DNA of 64,000 nucleotides from an uncultured Puniceicoccaceae bacterium (GTDB lineage Bacteria > Verrucomicrobiota > Verrucomicrobiia > Opitutales > Oceanipulchritudinaceae): contig CAWVVV010000003.1 of the NCBI GenBank assembly GCA_963933835.1, forward strand, positions 32,001 through 96,000, in the 5' to 3' direction. Under the pieces are notes generated by a model. The model saw only the letters and a list, made by a program, of their open reading frames with translations. It was not told the DNA's origin and made no database searches. Positions 19,864 to 32,005 of the stretch are shown here, piece by piece. The first letter of the stretch is position 1. Each line of letters begins with the position of its first letter. Made by a program: the position numbers and the translations under genes.

Positions 19864-20490
19864 TTAGCGGGTTAAGAGGTCTACTCGTCCTTGCTCATTT
19901 TCGAATTCAACGAGATGAGCAGTGATGCTCTGCTGCGAAAGATTTCCAAAACGCTCCACATTTGACCGATGGGCTTTCAGCGCTTCAGCCATGGCTGAAG
20001 CCGCAGCTTGTTTTGTGGGCGCGCAGACTTGGATACCTGCCTCTGGGCTGAATTGATGGTATCCCTCAGACGACTTCCACTCGAGGCAGAATACACGTAA
20101 GACGCACTCTTCGAGAACCCGGACATAGGGCTCTTCCAGAAGCTTCCAAACCGTTTCTCTAAGCAACTGAGGATTAACCGGCTTTGCGATGGCCTCATTT
20201 GCCCCCGCCCGAATAACTTGGGTGGTTAGAGCCAAGTCCATTGAACTGCTCAACACGATGATGGGGAGGGTGTGAGCGTCGGTCGTTTTACGGATGCGTT
20301 CGATCAACCCAAAGGCGTCCTTGTCGCCCAGATAGTAATCAAAAATGAGCAAGCCAAAGCTCTCTTCTTTGAGTAGAGTGATGGCATCCGCCTCATTTGT
20401 CACCGTCTCAACAGGGCATACGGATTTTAGAAAACGCCGCATTATCACCTGCGAAGCTAGGCTGTCTTCGACATAGAGTACCTTCTTCAT
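19864..20490 (-). CDS. Response regulator: receiver domain plus small C-terminal domain
   Basis: VLYVEDS, LIFD (phosphoacceptor), IIVLSS, AKP. Confidence 0.85.
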   Translation of the reverse strand: MKKVLYVEDSLASQVIMRRFLKSVCPVETVTNEADAITLLKEESFGLLIFDYYLGDKDAFGLIERIRKTTDAHTLPIIVLSSSMDLALTTQVIRAGANEAIAKPVNPQLLRETVWKLLEEPYVRVLEECVLRVFCLEWKSSEGYHQFSPEAGIQVCAPTKQAAASAMAEALKAHRSNVERFGNLSQQSITAHLVEFENEQGRVDLLTR

Positions 20491-20575
20491 TTTCTGAGCT
20501 GTTGAATAGAGGGGATTGTAAACCTGAGGTCCGATAAAGACACCCCTCTATAAATCGGACAAAACAGCGGCTAAT

Positions 20576-23243
<2,668 letters not shown>

Positions 23244-23466
23244 GAAAACAGCCATCGGGTGATTTTGGATTAAGTCCTCATCTAGAGTGCTCAACTTTAC
23301 TACGCTCCAATGCCACCCGATACGCAGTCCTCGCTCTCTCCGGCAAAACCCAAGCTGGCGGGGGCACTCTGATGGGCGTCTTTGTCAACAATGTGCGCAG
23401 CGATATCACCCGCAATGGCCGCTCCATCGACAGCCCAAGTATGGACATGGAAATCCGCGACATTGC

Positions 23467-23625
23467 GCGCTTAACCTCGTCCTCGACTTTGACTTCATCG
23501 AAGAAGGCGCCGCTCGTGGCGCGCCAAAATACATGGAGTGGTATGCCGCCTTCGGTCTGCTCGTCACCCTCATTTGGCTTTACATCGAGATCCTAAGACT
23601 TCTCGCAAAGCTTCGGGGTAAATAG
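23467..23625 (+). pseudogene. 3' remnant of a Bax inhibitor-1/YccA family membrane protein
   Basis: LNLVLDFDFIEEG...GAPKYMEWYAAFGLLVTLIWLYIEILRLL is the family C-terminus; upstream sequence is unrelated. Confidence 0.8.
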
Positions 23626-23626
23626 C

Positions 23627-24166
23627 CTACTCGATACGATCGGGATCGCTTTCATCTTCATCCTCATCGACTTCATCCTCACCCGAAAAGAGATCGATGA
23701 AGCCTTCTGGCATGTCCAACGCAACTGGATCGAGCGCTTGGATGATCGTCTCCTGCAGGCCTGCTAGAAAGAGGAAACACAAATACGAGATGCGAAGCGA
23801 CTCCTCCATCTCGTCGTATGGAAGAAGACTCCCCTCTAGTTCTTCATCACTGATTGATCCTAAATTCAAACGTCGTATCCCAAGCCGCGACGCCGAGATT
23901 GCCCGAACGAGCTTTTCTGCCTCCTCCTCTTCAAAAGAAACTTCACCCTTACCGAAGTCAGGATGACTGAGGAGTCGATCTAATGCATGGAGATCTTCGA
24001 GCAGTTGCTCTTTCAGTTCTTCCGACCACAGCTCGATCATATCGGGGTCATCTGGAAGTTCGACGGCACGCGGCAAGTCGCCATCCAGCTTCGTTTCAAT
24101 CCCTTTGAGGACGACCGCGAACAGCTCACCAAACTCTTCGCCCATTTCGATCTGCAAAATGATCAT
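23627..24166 (-). CDS. DUF2017-like acidic protein
   Basis: Downstream of and overlapping clpS; acidic helical protein with EAE..VRAI...RL and YL..L..LQE. Confidence 0.6.
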   Translation of the reverse strand: MIILQIEMGEEFGELFAVVLKGIETKLDGDLPRAVELPDDPDMIELWSEELKEQLLEDLHALDRLLSHPDFGKGEVSFEEEEAEKLVRAISASRLGIRRLNLGSISDEELEGSLLPYDEMEESLRISYLCFLFLAGLQETIIQALDPVALDMPEGFIDLFSGEDEVDEDEDESDPDRIE

Positions 24167-24483
24167 GACAAAGCGGGTTCCAGTTTAGCCAAGAGCTGCC
24201 AGCCCTGCAAAGTGTGGGTATAGGCCTCGGCTTGCTCTTTTGGCCCCAGCCAGACGACTGAGCGGCCTTCTTGGTGGACCTCGAGCATATGCTTGCGCGC
24301 CTTTTCCGGTGAGAAACCAAAGACCTTGCGAAAAACCATCACGACGTAGCTCATCAAGTTGACCGGATCATTCAGCACCACTACTTGCCAGCCCGGATCC
24401 TTCTCCGTGCTCGTCTGTGTGCTTTTCGTCGGCTGTAAATCGGCCCCCATTGCCCCACTATCCAATCCGCTCTCCTCGCGCAT
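24163..24483 (-). CDS. clpS: Clp protease adaptor ClpS
   Basis: WQVVVLNDPVNLMSYV..VF..A..HMLEVHQEGRSVV. Confidence 0.92.
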   Translation of the reverse strand: MREESGLDSGAMGADLQPTKSTQTSTEKDPGWQVVVLNDPVNLMSYVVMVFRKVFGFSPEKARKHMLEVHQEGRSVVWLGPKEQAEAYTHTLQGWQLLAKLEPALS

Positions 24484-24516
24484 GCAACCATTTCGCAAAA
24501 CTCGGCCTATTCGACC

Positions 24517-26199
24517 TTATGCGGTCGGTGACAAAGCGCTGAGCTGATAAATGCTGTCCTTCAAGCCACCAAGGCGACTGCGAGCCAACCAGACGCGCTT
24601 GTAGTCGGCTAGTAAATCAGCGTAATCAAGACTGTCAGCTTGAGGATCAGATCCCGACTTCAATCCTAGGCATCGCATCGCGGTGGCTTCGAGGAGTCTG
24701 ATTGCTAGGCACATCTCATCGAGCAGGCGGTGTATTTCCGCATCACCCACATCAGCTGATTTCAATTTCTCGCGACAGGCAGTGCACCTTTCCAAGATCG
24801 CTTTCAGGCAATCTGAGCTGCATGACTGAAGGTGCTTCTGCAGCTCTTCCAATGGAAGACGCAGACTGGCACTGAGAAAGCTCTGATTCAGAATCTTGAC
24901 GGGTATGAGCTCCTCAATATCAGCCAAATCCAAAAGAACACTGGAAGCTTGCACTTCAGTCTCCCCAAAAAAGAACCTGTCTAATTTATCCACCAAGGCG
25001 GTGGGCTCGAAAGCGGCAGCGTTCCAGGCGCAGAGCCCCGCAGTTACCATGCCCGGCAAGCTAAATACCCAAGGCTGCATGTGGCCATTATCACCCCAAT
25101 GTGTCATGAGAAAACCAGACGCACCATTCTTAAGGCCCGCGGCAGCGGCGGCTTGGACATTGGTGATCATGTTACGATGCCGACCCGTAAAACTATTCCA
25201 CGTCGAATCCCCCGGAGCGACGTAGTAAGGACATCCCAGCTGTGAGAGAATGGCTGCTTGCTGATCAAAGGGATGGTCTCCTTCGTAGCCCCAGAGAATG
25301 GGTGTGACCGAATCAGGCAGCTCCTCGATAAACTCTGGATGTTCCAGCAAGACATCTGCCCAGACCATCGGGCGAACATCATGCTTTTCAGCAAGCTCAC
25401 AAATTCGCTTGAGGTAATCCGCGTAGACGGCGTGCTTTCCCCGTTCGTTGACCTGCTCTTCACTCCAGCCCTGACCTAGGTCCCACGGTTCATCTCCGCC
25501 GATGTTAAACCGATCACTCGAAAAACGAGGAAGGAGCTCAGTATAGAGCCCATCAAGAAAACTGAGACTCTCGTCATTAGGTTTCAATACACTGCCATAG
25601 GGCTTCCGACCGCTCAGTGGATGAATAAAGCCATCCGGGCACTCGGCTAAGTGATGATATTCCGCATGTTTGAGCCAACGCTCCATATGCCCAAAGGAAT
25701 TCTGATTCGGCACGAGTTCGATAAAGCGCTCACGACAATACGCGTCGAGCGCCTCGATTTCATCTCCCGTCAACGGCGAAGCCTCAGTCCACACCGTCTC
25801 ATGTTTTGAATACGCGAAGGCGTGCTCAGTGTAGAGCTGAAGCTCGTTATAGCGCAGGCGGGCCAAACAGTCCACAAGGTGAAACAAGTGCTCCATCGTC
25901 GGCACTCGATCCCGTGAAATATCAAGCATGTAGCCGCGATGCAAAAAGTCCGGCTGATCCCTAATCAAGCAAAACGGCAAGCCTTCCTCGCCTGACTGTT
26001 CTTTGATCTGCTCCAGCATTTGCTCAGCGTAGAAGAGACCTGCATCGTCGCCTCCATCGAGAACGATGCGACCATCCAAAATCTCGATCTGATAACTTTG
26101 CGGCGGGATATGATCATAGAGGGAGAAGTTTGGTTCCACCGTAGGGGCACAGTAACCTTCTCTCTTTCCAGCGTATTTGGGCTTTGGGATTAGCTTCAC
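24517..26199 (-). CDS. GH20 beta-N-acetylhexosaminidase
   Basis: RGYMLDISR, NSFGH, NIGGDE (catalytic DE), WAD, WGY, WGD.GH; no signal peptide. Confidence 0.88.
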   Translation of the reverse strand: MKLIPKPKYAGKREGYCAPTVEPNFSLYDHIPPQSYQIEILDGRIVLDGGDDAGLFYAEQMLEQIKEQSGEEGLPFCLIRDQPDFLHRGYMLDISRDRVPTMEHLFHLVDCLARLRYNELQLYTEHAFAYSKHETVWTEASPLTGDEIEALDAYCRERFIELVPNQNSFGHMERWLKHAEYHHLAECPDGFIHPLSGRKPYGSVLKPNDESLSFLDGLYTELLPRFSSDRFNIGGDEPWDLGQGWSEEQVNERGKHAVYADYLKRICELAEKHDVRPMVWADVLLEHPEFIEELPDSVTPILWGYEGDHPFDQQAAILSQLGCPYYVAPGDSTWNSFTGRHRNMITNVQAAAAAGLKNGASGFLMTHWGDNGHMQPWVFSLPGMVTAGLCAWNAAAFEPTALVDKLDRFFFGETEVQASSVLLDLADIEELIPVKILNQSFLSASLRLPLEELQKHLQSCSSDCLKAILERCTACREKLKSADVGDAEIHRLLDEMCLAIRLLEATAMRCLGLKSGSDPQADSLDYADLLADYKRVWLARSRLGGLKDSIYQLSALSPTA

Positions 26200-27707
26200 G
26201 CCTGTGGCTCCTTTTTAGTTACTAATGCCCCAACCCCGACAGTTGTCGCGACACCGACCATCATCGGCCACTGCCAAGCAAGTGAAATGACTTCCAATTT
26301 CACCAAGCCGAGCAGCCCTGCGGTCGTGAAGCTGCCTAGAAGCATTGCGACGAGGTTCCACTTATCTCGACCACGTTTCGTAAGCATACCGAGGAGGAAC
26401 ACGCCTAAAAGGCCGCTGTAGGTGACGGTTGAAACTTGAAAAGCGAGCCATAGGAATTCGCCGCCACTGACGCGCTGGACACGTTCAAGCTGCCAAGCGA
26501 TCAAGCCGAGAACGAGGGCCACTACGACCATCATAAAACGCGTGAGCCAGACCATCCCTCGCTCCGTCACCCGACCCTTAACGAATGGCTTGTAAAGATC
26601 TACAACAACGGATGACCCCAACGCCGCCATCGCACTATCGAGGCTACTCATCGCTGCGGCTAGCACGCCGCAGAGGAGCAGACCACGCAATCCAGCCGGC
26701 AAGACCGTCGAAATAAAGTGTGGGAACACCTTATCCGACATTACCACTGCTTCGCCATTAATGAGCTGTGTGGGTAGGTTCGGATCCAGAAAGGTCGTAT
26801 AGTAAACATACAGCCCTACACCGATGAGAAGAAAAAGGGCCGCCACAGGAATCGAAGCAATGCCACTTAGAATCACACTGCGCTTCGCTTCCTTCAATTT
26901 ACGGCAAGTCAGCATACGCTGGGTGAAATCGTGATCAGTGCCCTGCATCGCAACCGTATTCACAAACCCAAACATTACCGCCAAAGCAAAGACATTAGAG
27001 TCCAGGAACCAACCGGTTGCTAAGTTCCCCTTATCAGGCACGAAGTTAAAGACATCGAGGCGCCCCGCCGAAGAGCCAACCGCTAGGATCGTCCCCCATC
27101 CAACGGTCAACTGTAGGAAGACGAGCATCGTCAACCCTGCCGCAAGAAAGACAACAGCCTGCACACAGTCAGTCGCGATCACTGCCTTAATCCCACCCGC
27201 ACTGGTGTAGACGAGACATATCAAGGTAAAGCCTACCATAGCGACCCCGAATGGGAGTCCAAGAATCACATGCAGGCCCGTCGCCGCGATCATTAGGCGC
27301 ACGCCTGAAGCCGTGAACCTCGAAAGCAAAAAGAACACTGCCGCCGTCCGATGACTTGTTCCCCCGAAGCGGTGCGCGAGGTATTCATAAATGGATACGA
27401 CCTTAAGCTCGTAGAATACCTTTAAGAAAACGAGCGCGATGAAAACCCGCCCCAAAAACGATCCAATCCCAAATTGAAGGTAGTGAAGGTTACTTGAATA
27501 CCCAACCCCTGGAGTAGCGAGGAAGGTTGCTGCACTGATCTCCGTCGCAATAAGCGATCCGAGCACTGCGAGCCAAGGCGTCTGCCGTCCGCCAAGCATA
27601 AACCCTTCGGTTGTCTCTTCTCTTCGACCAAACCATAGGCCGACGCCGAGAACCGCCACAAAATAGAGCGAAACAATCAGGTAGTCGATGAAAGTGAGGG
27701 TAAGCAT
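26196..27707 (-). CDS. Sodium:solute symporter
   Basis: SLIATEISAATFL, GGIKAVIATD..Q, QRML, AAAMSSLDS; about 13 TM segments. Confidence 0.92.
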   Translation of the reverse strand: MLTLTFIDYLIVSLYFVAVLGVGLWFGRREETTEGFMLGGRQTPWLAVLGSLIATEISAATFLATPGVGYSSNLHYLQFGIGSFLGRVFIALVFLKVFYELKVVSIYEYLAHRFGGTSHRTAAVFFLLSRFTASGVRLMIAATGLHVILGLPFGVAMVGFTLICLVYTSAGGIKAVIATDCVQAVVFLAAGLTMLVFLQLTVGWGTILAVGSSAGRLDVFNFVPDKGNLATGWFLDSNVFALAVMFGFVNTVAMQGTDHDFTQRMLTCRKLKEAKRSVILSGIASIPVAALFLLIGVGLYVYYTTFLDPNLPTQLINGEAVVMSDKVFPHFISTVLPAGLRGLLLCGVLAAAMSSLDSAMAALGSSVVVDLYKPFVKGRVTERGMVWLTRFMMVVVALVLGLIAWQLERVQRVSGGEFLWLAFQVSTVTYSGLLGVFLLGMLTKRGRDKWNLVAMLLGSFTTAGLLGLVKLEVISLAWQWPMMVGVATTVGVGALVTKKEPQA

Positions 27708-27725
27708 CTGAAATCGAGTGAAATT

Positions 27726-29264
27726 TTAACTACGCAGCGCGGCGAGCGTTTTCAGCACAATGGGCTCATCAGGAGCGAGCTGCTCCCGCTGCCGAAAGAG
27801 CTCCTCACACACCGCAGTATAATCAAGCTCACCACCCACCGAGCAACGAAACAGGGTTTGCACATAGCGAATTGAGCGGTCGATCAGCTTATTATTACTC
27901 GGTTTCACGTAGGTCATGAGGTTGCCTTCGTAACGGCCAAGGCGCCCCATCACTAGAGTTGAATGCGCATTGAGAAGCATCTTAAGAAGAATCTGCCGCT
28001 CAAGCATCGGAATGCCGGCAGGTATTGCCGTCGCTTCCAACTCGCCGAATGACCATGTAATCGCGCCCGCCGTCTCCTCGATCCTAAAGCGGTGGAGACC
28101 GGCCTGACCACAAGATCGCTGGCGATTACCTTCAGCCTGAGCACTGATGTCATAACGCATCAAATGCTCACGACGCGTCACGGGAAGATCCGTCGGCCAT
28201 TCCAAACATCTCGGGTCACGCTTTAGAAGTCGATTCCAGGCACTCTCCACTGTCGCAGCGCTAGGCAACCGAAGATAACACAGGCTCAACGGCTCCGACG
28301 TTTCACCGTCTTCATAACTCTCGAAAATCGAAAGGGAAAAGGTCGGCGCGCGTTCGGTCGTATCGGTCAATACGCTCACGCCAAAAGTTTCAGTTTCGTA
28401 GAGCACTCGGTCACCCTGCGTGTAGAGCCGTGCCTCGCGCTCGATGAAGGGCGACATAAATTCCCACGAAACCTTTGCGAGGCTCCGCCTGAAGGCAGCG
28501 AGACGCTCCGAAAGATCCCCACCCTTCGCGGCGACTTCGAGCGCCAAACCGATTCCATACTCTAGCACGGTACTTGCCTGCATCCGCGTGCTGCCGGCAA
28601 TCGCCATTGGCCCGACGGCTAAATTCCATTTTTTAATCGTCGGGCTTTGGATCACACGCTGGGACCTCTCTACTCGTTCGCATAGCACTTCATCCGGATT
28701 GCAATAGACAAACCAAGGGGCCCGCTCACTGATCCGTGCCGCCTCCTCCGTCGCACCGATCACCCAAGGGGTTTCGCCGCCTTCCGTCGAAGCCATGAGT
28801 AAGTCCTTCGAACCAAAGCCCAACTCACGTAACTGCCGCGCCCCATACTCTGGAAAATCTTCAAAGCCTTCAATTGAGCGGATGAGTGCTGAGTCTCCAC
28901 CCGCCATAAAACCAATCACGCGTTCCTGCAGTTCCTCTGGGACAAGTCCCTCTCGACAAAACACTTCAAGCGAAAGTGAAAGACGCCCCGTTGCACCACA
29001 CCCGGCCAAGAATACGCGCCCTCCCTTGGCCCAAGTCTCAGTTACTTCAGTCACTAGCTGAATAGCAGGGTCGAGCTTATTAGCCATTTCTTTCAGAGCC
29101 TGCTCATCCACGGCCTTCAGCACACCAACGGCTCTCGACAACTCTTTCTGACACAACTCTGACAGCTGAACGGTTAAAGGATGCGCCTGCTCAGTATCTA
29201 GGCCTCCCAATTGAAAATCGGCGGCACACGCGAGGAACTCATCTGCTGTATCGGCCGTCTTCAT
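27726..29264 (-). CDS. Double-SIS protein related to MurQ/glucokinase regulatory protein
   Basis: GGRVFLAGCGATGRL, AGG..A...EGFED, GETPWV, GSTRMQA, KMLLNAHST..M...GNLM..V..SN.KL..R. Confidence 0.75.
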   Translation of the reverse strand: MKTADTADEFLACAADFQLGGLDTEQAHPLTVQLSELCQKELSRAVGVLKAVDEQALKEMANKLDPAIQLVTEVTETWAKGGRVFLAGCGATGRLSLSLEVFCREGLVPEELQERVIGFMAGGDSALIRSIEGFEDFPEYGARQLRELGFGSKDLLMASTEGGETPWVIGATEEAARISERAPWFVYCNPDEVLCERVERSQRVIQSPTIKKWNLAVGPMAIAGSTRMQASTVLEYGIGLALEVAAKGGDLSERLAAFRRSLAKVSWEFMSPFIEREARLYTQGDRVLYETETFGVSVLTDTTERAPTFSLSIFESYEDGETSEPLSLCYLRLPSAATVESAWNRLLKRDPRCLEWPTDLPVTRREHLMRYDISAQAEGNRQRSCGQAGLHRFRIEETAGAITWSFGELEATAIPAGIPMLERQILLKMLLNAHSTLVMGRLGRYEGNLMTYVKPSNNKLIDRSIRYVQTLFRCSVGGELDYTAVCEELFRQREQLAPDEPIVLKTLAALRS

Positions 29265-29457
29265 GCTTCATCATGAAGAAGGGCTTTCGGACGAAAGCGA
29301 TTTGATTTTTCATGCAATCAAACAAATGCCCCGCCGAATTTCTCCGACGGGGATTATGCTGTAAGACTTCCAAGCCAGTGAATCAGGTTCTAAACACTTT
29401 GCCCGAATACAGTTCACTTAGGACAAATTGGAAGTCATTTACTTCCTGTATAGGCAG

Positions 29458-29814
29458 CTATCGATAGACAGAGAGAAGAAGCGGGATTAACCCAATGGCG
29501 AGAGCAACAAGCAGAGCAATCCACCCGAGAGTGTGTTTAATCGATAGGATCGCACGTTTCACCCAACTCCAATGTAGTGCGAGATACAGAACCACTAAAA
29601 CCGACATTAGCAGTCCAATATAGAAATGAAAGTCACCCCATCCATGCCGACTCATACCTAGCATCATTAAGCCCTTGCCTCCGTCTTGACCGGGGGGAAG
29701 TCGATAAACAAGCGCCAAGCCTGTCCCGAGCATAAATGTGCTCCCGCAAACCAAGGTATAGTTTATCATCCGAGGCAGCCAAAGTCTGTTAAAGTTACCC
29801 ATGAGTGAAAGCAT
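29458..29814 (-). CDS. DUF4405 membrane protein (possibly decaying)
   Basis: LGMSRHGWGDFHFYIG....LALHW.W; 3 TM segments. Confidence 0.7.
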   Translation of the reverse strand: MLSLMGNFNRLWLPRMINYTLVCGSTFMLGTGLALVYRLPPGQDGGKGLMMLGMSRHGWGDFHFYIGLLMSVLVVLYLALHWSWVKRAILSIKHTLGWIALLVALAIGLIPLLLSVYR

Positions 29815-29853
29815 AGGCCGGTATCCAATATAGTCAGACTAAAACCAGCCTTC

Positions 29854-30807
29854 TCATAGATGTAGTCCCCTGCCTAAAAACCAGTTATTCTCGACGAGGC
29901 AGGCGCGGCCATGCCGGAGGGTGATTTGCCCATCGCACTGGTCGAAAACATTGTCGGTGTAGCGATTCCCTCGCGACTTATTGGAAATAATCTCTTTCTC
30001 TTTCGAGAGGCTGTTTGGGTTATAGATCGCCCTATAGAAATAGTTATGATCGATCGACGCTGCGATTTCATACACTTGCTTGCTGCTGTCTGAAATACGG
30101 AGCGCTTCCCAACCGTTCTTTCCCACGTAGTCACGCTCTCCAAAATAGTTGTGGTGGATCCGATGTTCCCTGCGGACCAAAGGACCGGGTTCCTTATCTG
30201 GATCCGGCTTAATAAAAATGACTGCATTCAAGGAGCGTTTGTGCTCAAAACTGCAGTGATCCACCTCATTACGGAATCCTCGCATCGTGATGTAGTTATA
30301 ATCCTGTGACGAATTACCGTAGGGATGATCAAAGTTGGAGAAAAAGCAGTTGGTAAGACGGTTATCCGCTGAATTCTCGTTGTAGATGATGATCCCGTTC
30401 TTTTCGGCCGGTCCGCCCACTGAACGTTCGTCAAAATGCGGCCCCACATCGTCTCCTAGGAATTGCTTTGAAAGCGCGTCAAAATCTTCGGGACGACCGT
30501 CAAAGGTCAGCCCTTCGAGCGTAATATAGTTTCCATCAATTTAAAATTGAATCGCTCCGTAAAAGCGGACCGTCCCAGGGATCTCTGCGCGCACGATCGC
30601 AGGTTTTGTCCTGTGCCCTCCACCCGTAAAGCGGGTTTCAACATCGGAATAATCCCCTGCCTTGATCAACACCGTGTCACCGGGCTCAAGCGCCATTTCC
30701 TTCGGGAAATCAGCCTCAATGCTCCATACATACGAGGCAGCATTTGTCTTCGAGGCAAAGACGGCACAGCAAAGTGCGAAAAGAGGATTCCTTATCAAAA
30801 GTGTCAT
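29854..30807 (-). pseudogene. PL6 (chondroitinase B/alginate lyase) beta-helix pseudogene
   Basis: Signal peptide, PGDTV.I..G.Y, RAE.PG.V.F; in-frame TAA 30541-30543; IHHNYF..R...NG.EALRI; EIISNKS; ITLRHG; truncated at 3' end. Confidence 0.85.
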
Positions 30808-31052
30808 TTTGTGGCGAAGAGGATTAAAATTAGGGGGGCTTATCCAGAGCCCTCGCGCCATCCGCTCGAGCTCTGCATGGAGAACTTGATCAATACACCA
30901 TCCAAGTCAGATTCGTAATTATCTCCCGCTTCAATTCTCCTACAAAGAAAAAACGCTGGTTAATCGCATCCAGAACTGAAAAAACGACTACTAGCCAGCA
31001 CCTGAGCCCTCAAACATAGAGGCTCCAAAATCGCCGTCATTCCCACACTGTA

Positions 31053-31997
31053 ATGTATCCTAAGGAAATCACCGATCTTCTAGACAGCAACGGTTTAGGC
31101 TGGAAGCCGAGTCACAACCTCAACGCGCACTGTGGTGACTACATAGAGCCATTGCAGCGTGAGCGCTGGTTACTCGCCAATCAAGACGCCCACAAGGCGA
31201 TCCGTGACTACTTCGAGTTCCTCGTGACGTGCCAAAAGCGGTTTACGGAAGTCGCAAAGTCGATGGGTTATTGGAACAAAGAGACGCGCCACAGCTTGGG
31301 CCACGACAAATGGTCTGTCGGCTGGGGCGGTGATGCGTTACTCCCGATTGCTCACTATGCCTACTGCCTAAAGAGCTACGGCCTGAGTGGTAACATCTTG
31401 GAGTGTGGCGCATTCAAAGGTTCCTCGACGGCCTGCCTGAGTATCGCATGCGAGCTTATCGGCTCGACCTTGTTTTGCGCAGATTCGTTCGAAGGTCTGC
31501 CAGAAGGCGAAGCGCACTACAACAAAGGGGACTTCGTCGGCACCTTGGATGAAGTCAAAAAGAACGTCGCCCGCAATGGAGTGATCGAGTCGACCCGATT
31601 CATCCAAGGCTGGTACAATGAATCGCTCAAAGGATTCTCCGAGCCGATCAGCGTTCTATGGATCGATGTTGATCTCTGCAGCTCTACGCTCGATGTCCTG
31701 AATAACGCCTACTCTGCGATAGAGCCAAATGGCATCATTTTCTCCGACGGCTTTCAGGCCGAAGTCGATTACGAAGGCACTCGCGTCAAACAGATCGGCC
31801 ACGAAAACGCTGGGCTATGCGAGCCCGCGGGCATCTACCAATTCTTCGAGGGCAAGAAACTAGACTACCAAGCCATCCCTGCAGGGCCTCCAGGGCTTGC
31901 GCTGATCGTCCAAGAACTAGACGAATCAACCCCTCTTAGACACCAGAGCGAGCAAATACCCACTCTCTTGAAAGCGCTGACAACGAAGATTAATTAG
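31053..31997 (+). CDS. TylF/MycF-like SAM-dependent O-methyltransferase
   Basis: GNILECGAFKGSS, DSFEGLP, FIQGWY..SL, LWIDVDL..ST. Confidence 0.8.
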   Translation: MYPKEITDLLDSNGLGWKPSHNLNAHCGDYIEPLQRERWLLANQDAHKAIRDYFEFLVTCQKRFTEVAKSMGYWNKETRHSLGHDKWSVGWGGDALLPIAHYAYCLKSYGLSGNILECGAFKGSSTACLSIACELIGSTLFCADSFEGLPEGEAHYNKGDFVGTLDEVKKNVARNGVIESTRFIQGWYNESLKGFSEPISVLWIDVDLCSSTLDVLNNAYSAIEPNGIIFSDGFQAEVDYEGTRVKQIGHENAGLCEPAGIYQFFEGKKLDYQAIPAGPPGLALIVQELDESTPLRHQSEQIPTLLKALTTKIN

Positions 31998-32005
31998 CCG
32001 GATAG

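Noticed and set aside
29329..29436. GACTTCCAA/TTGGAAGTC inverted repeat and adjacent hairpin as an ncRNA
   Set aside because: Interior pairing is weak; could be chance or a decayed gene end plus terminator
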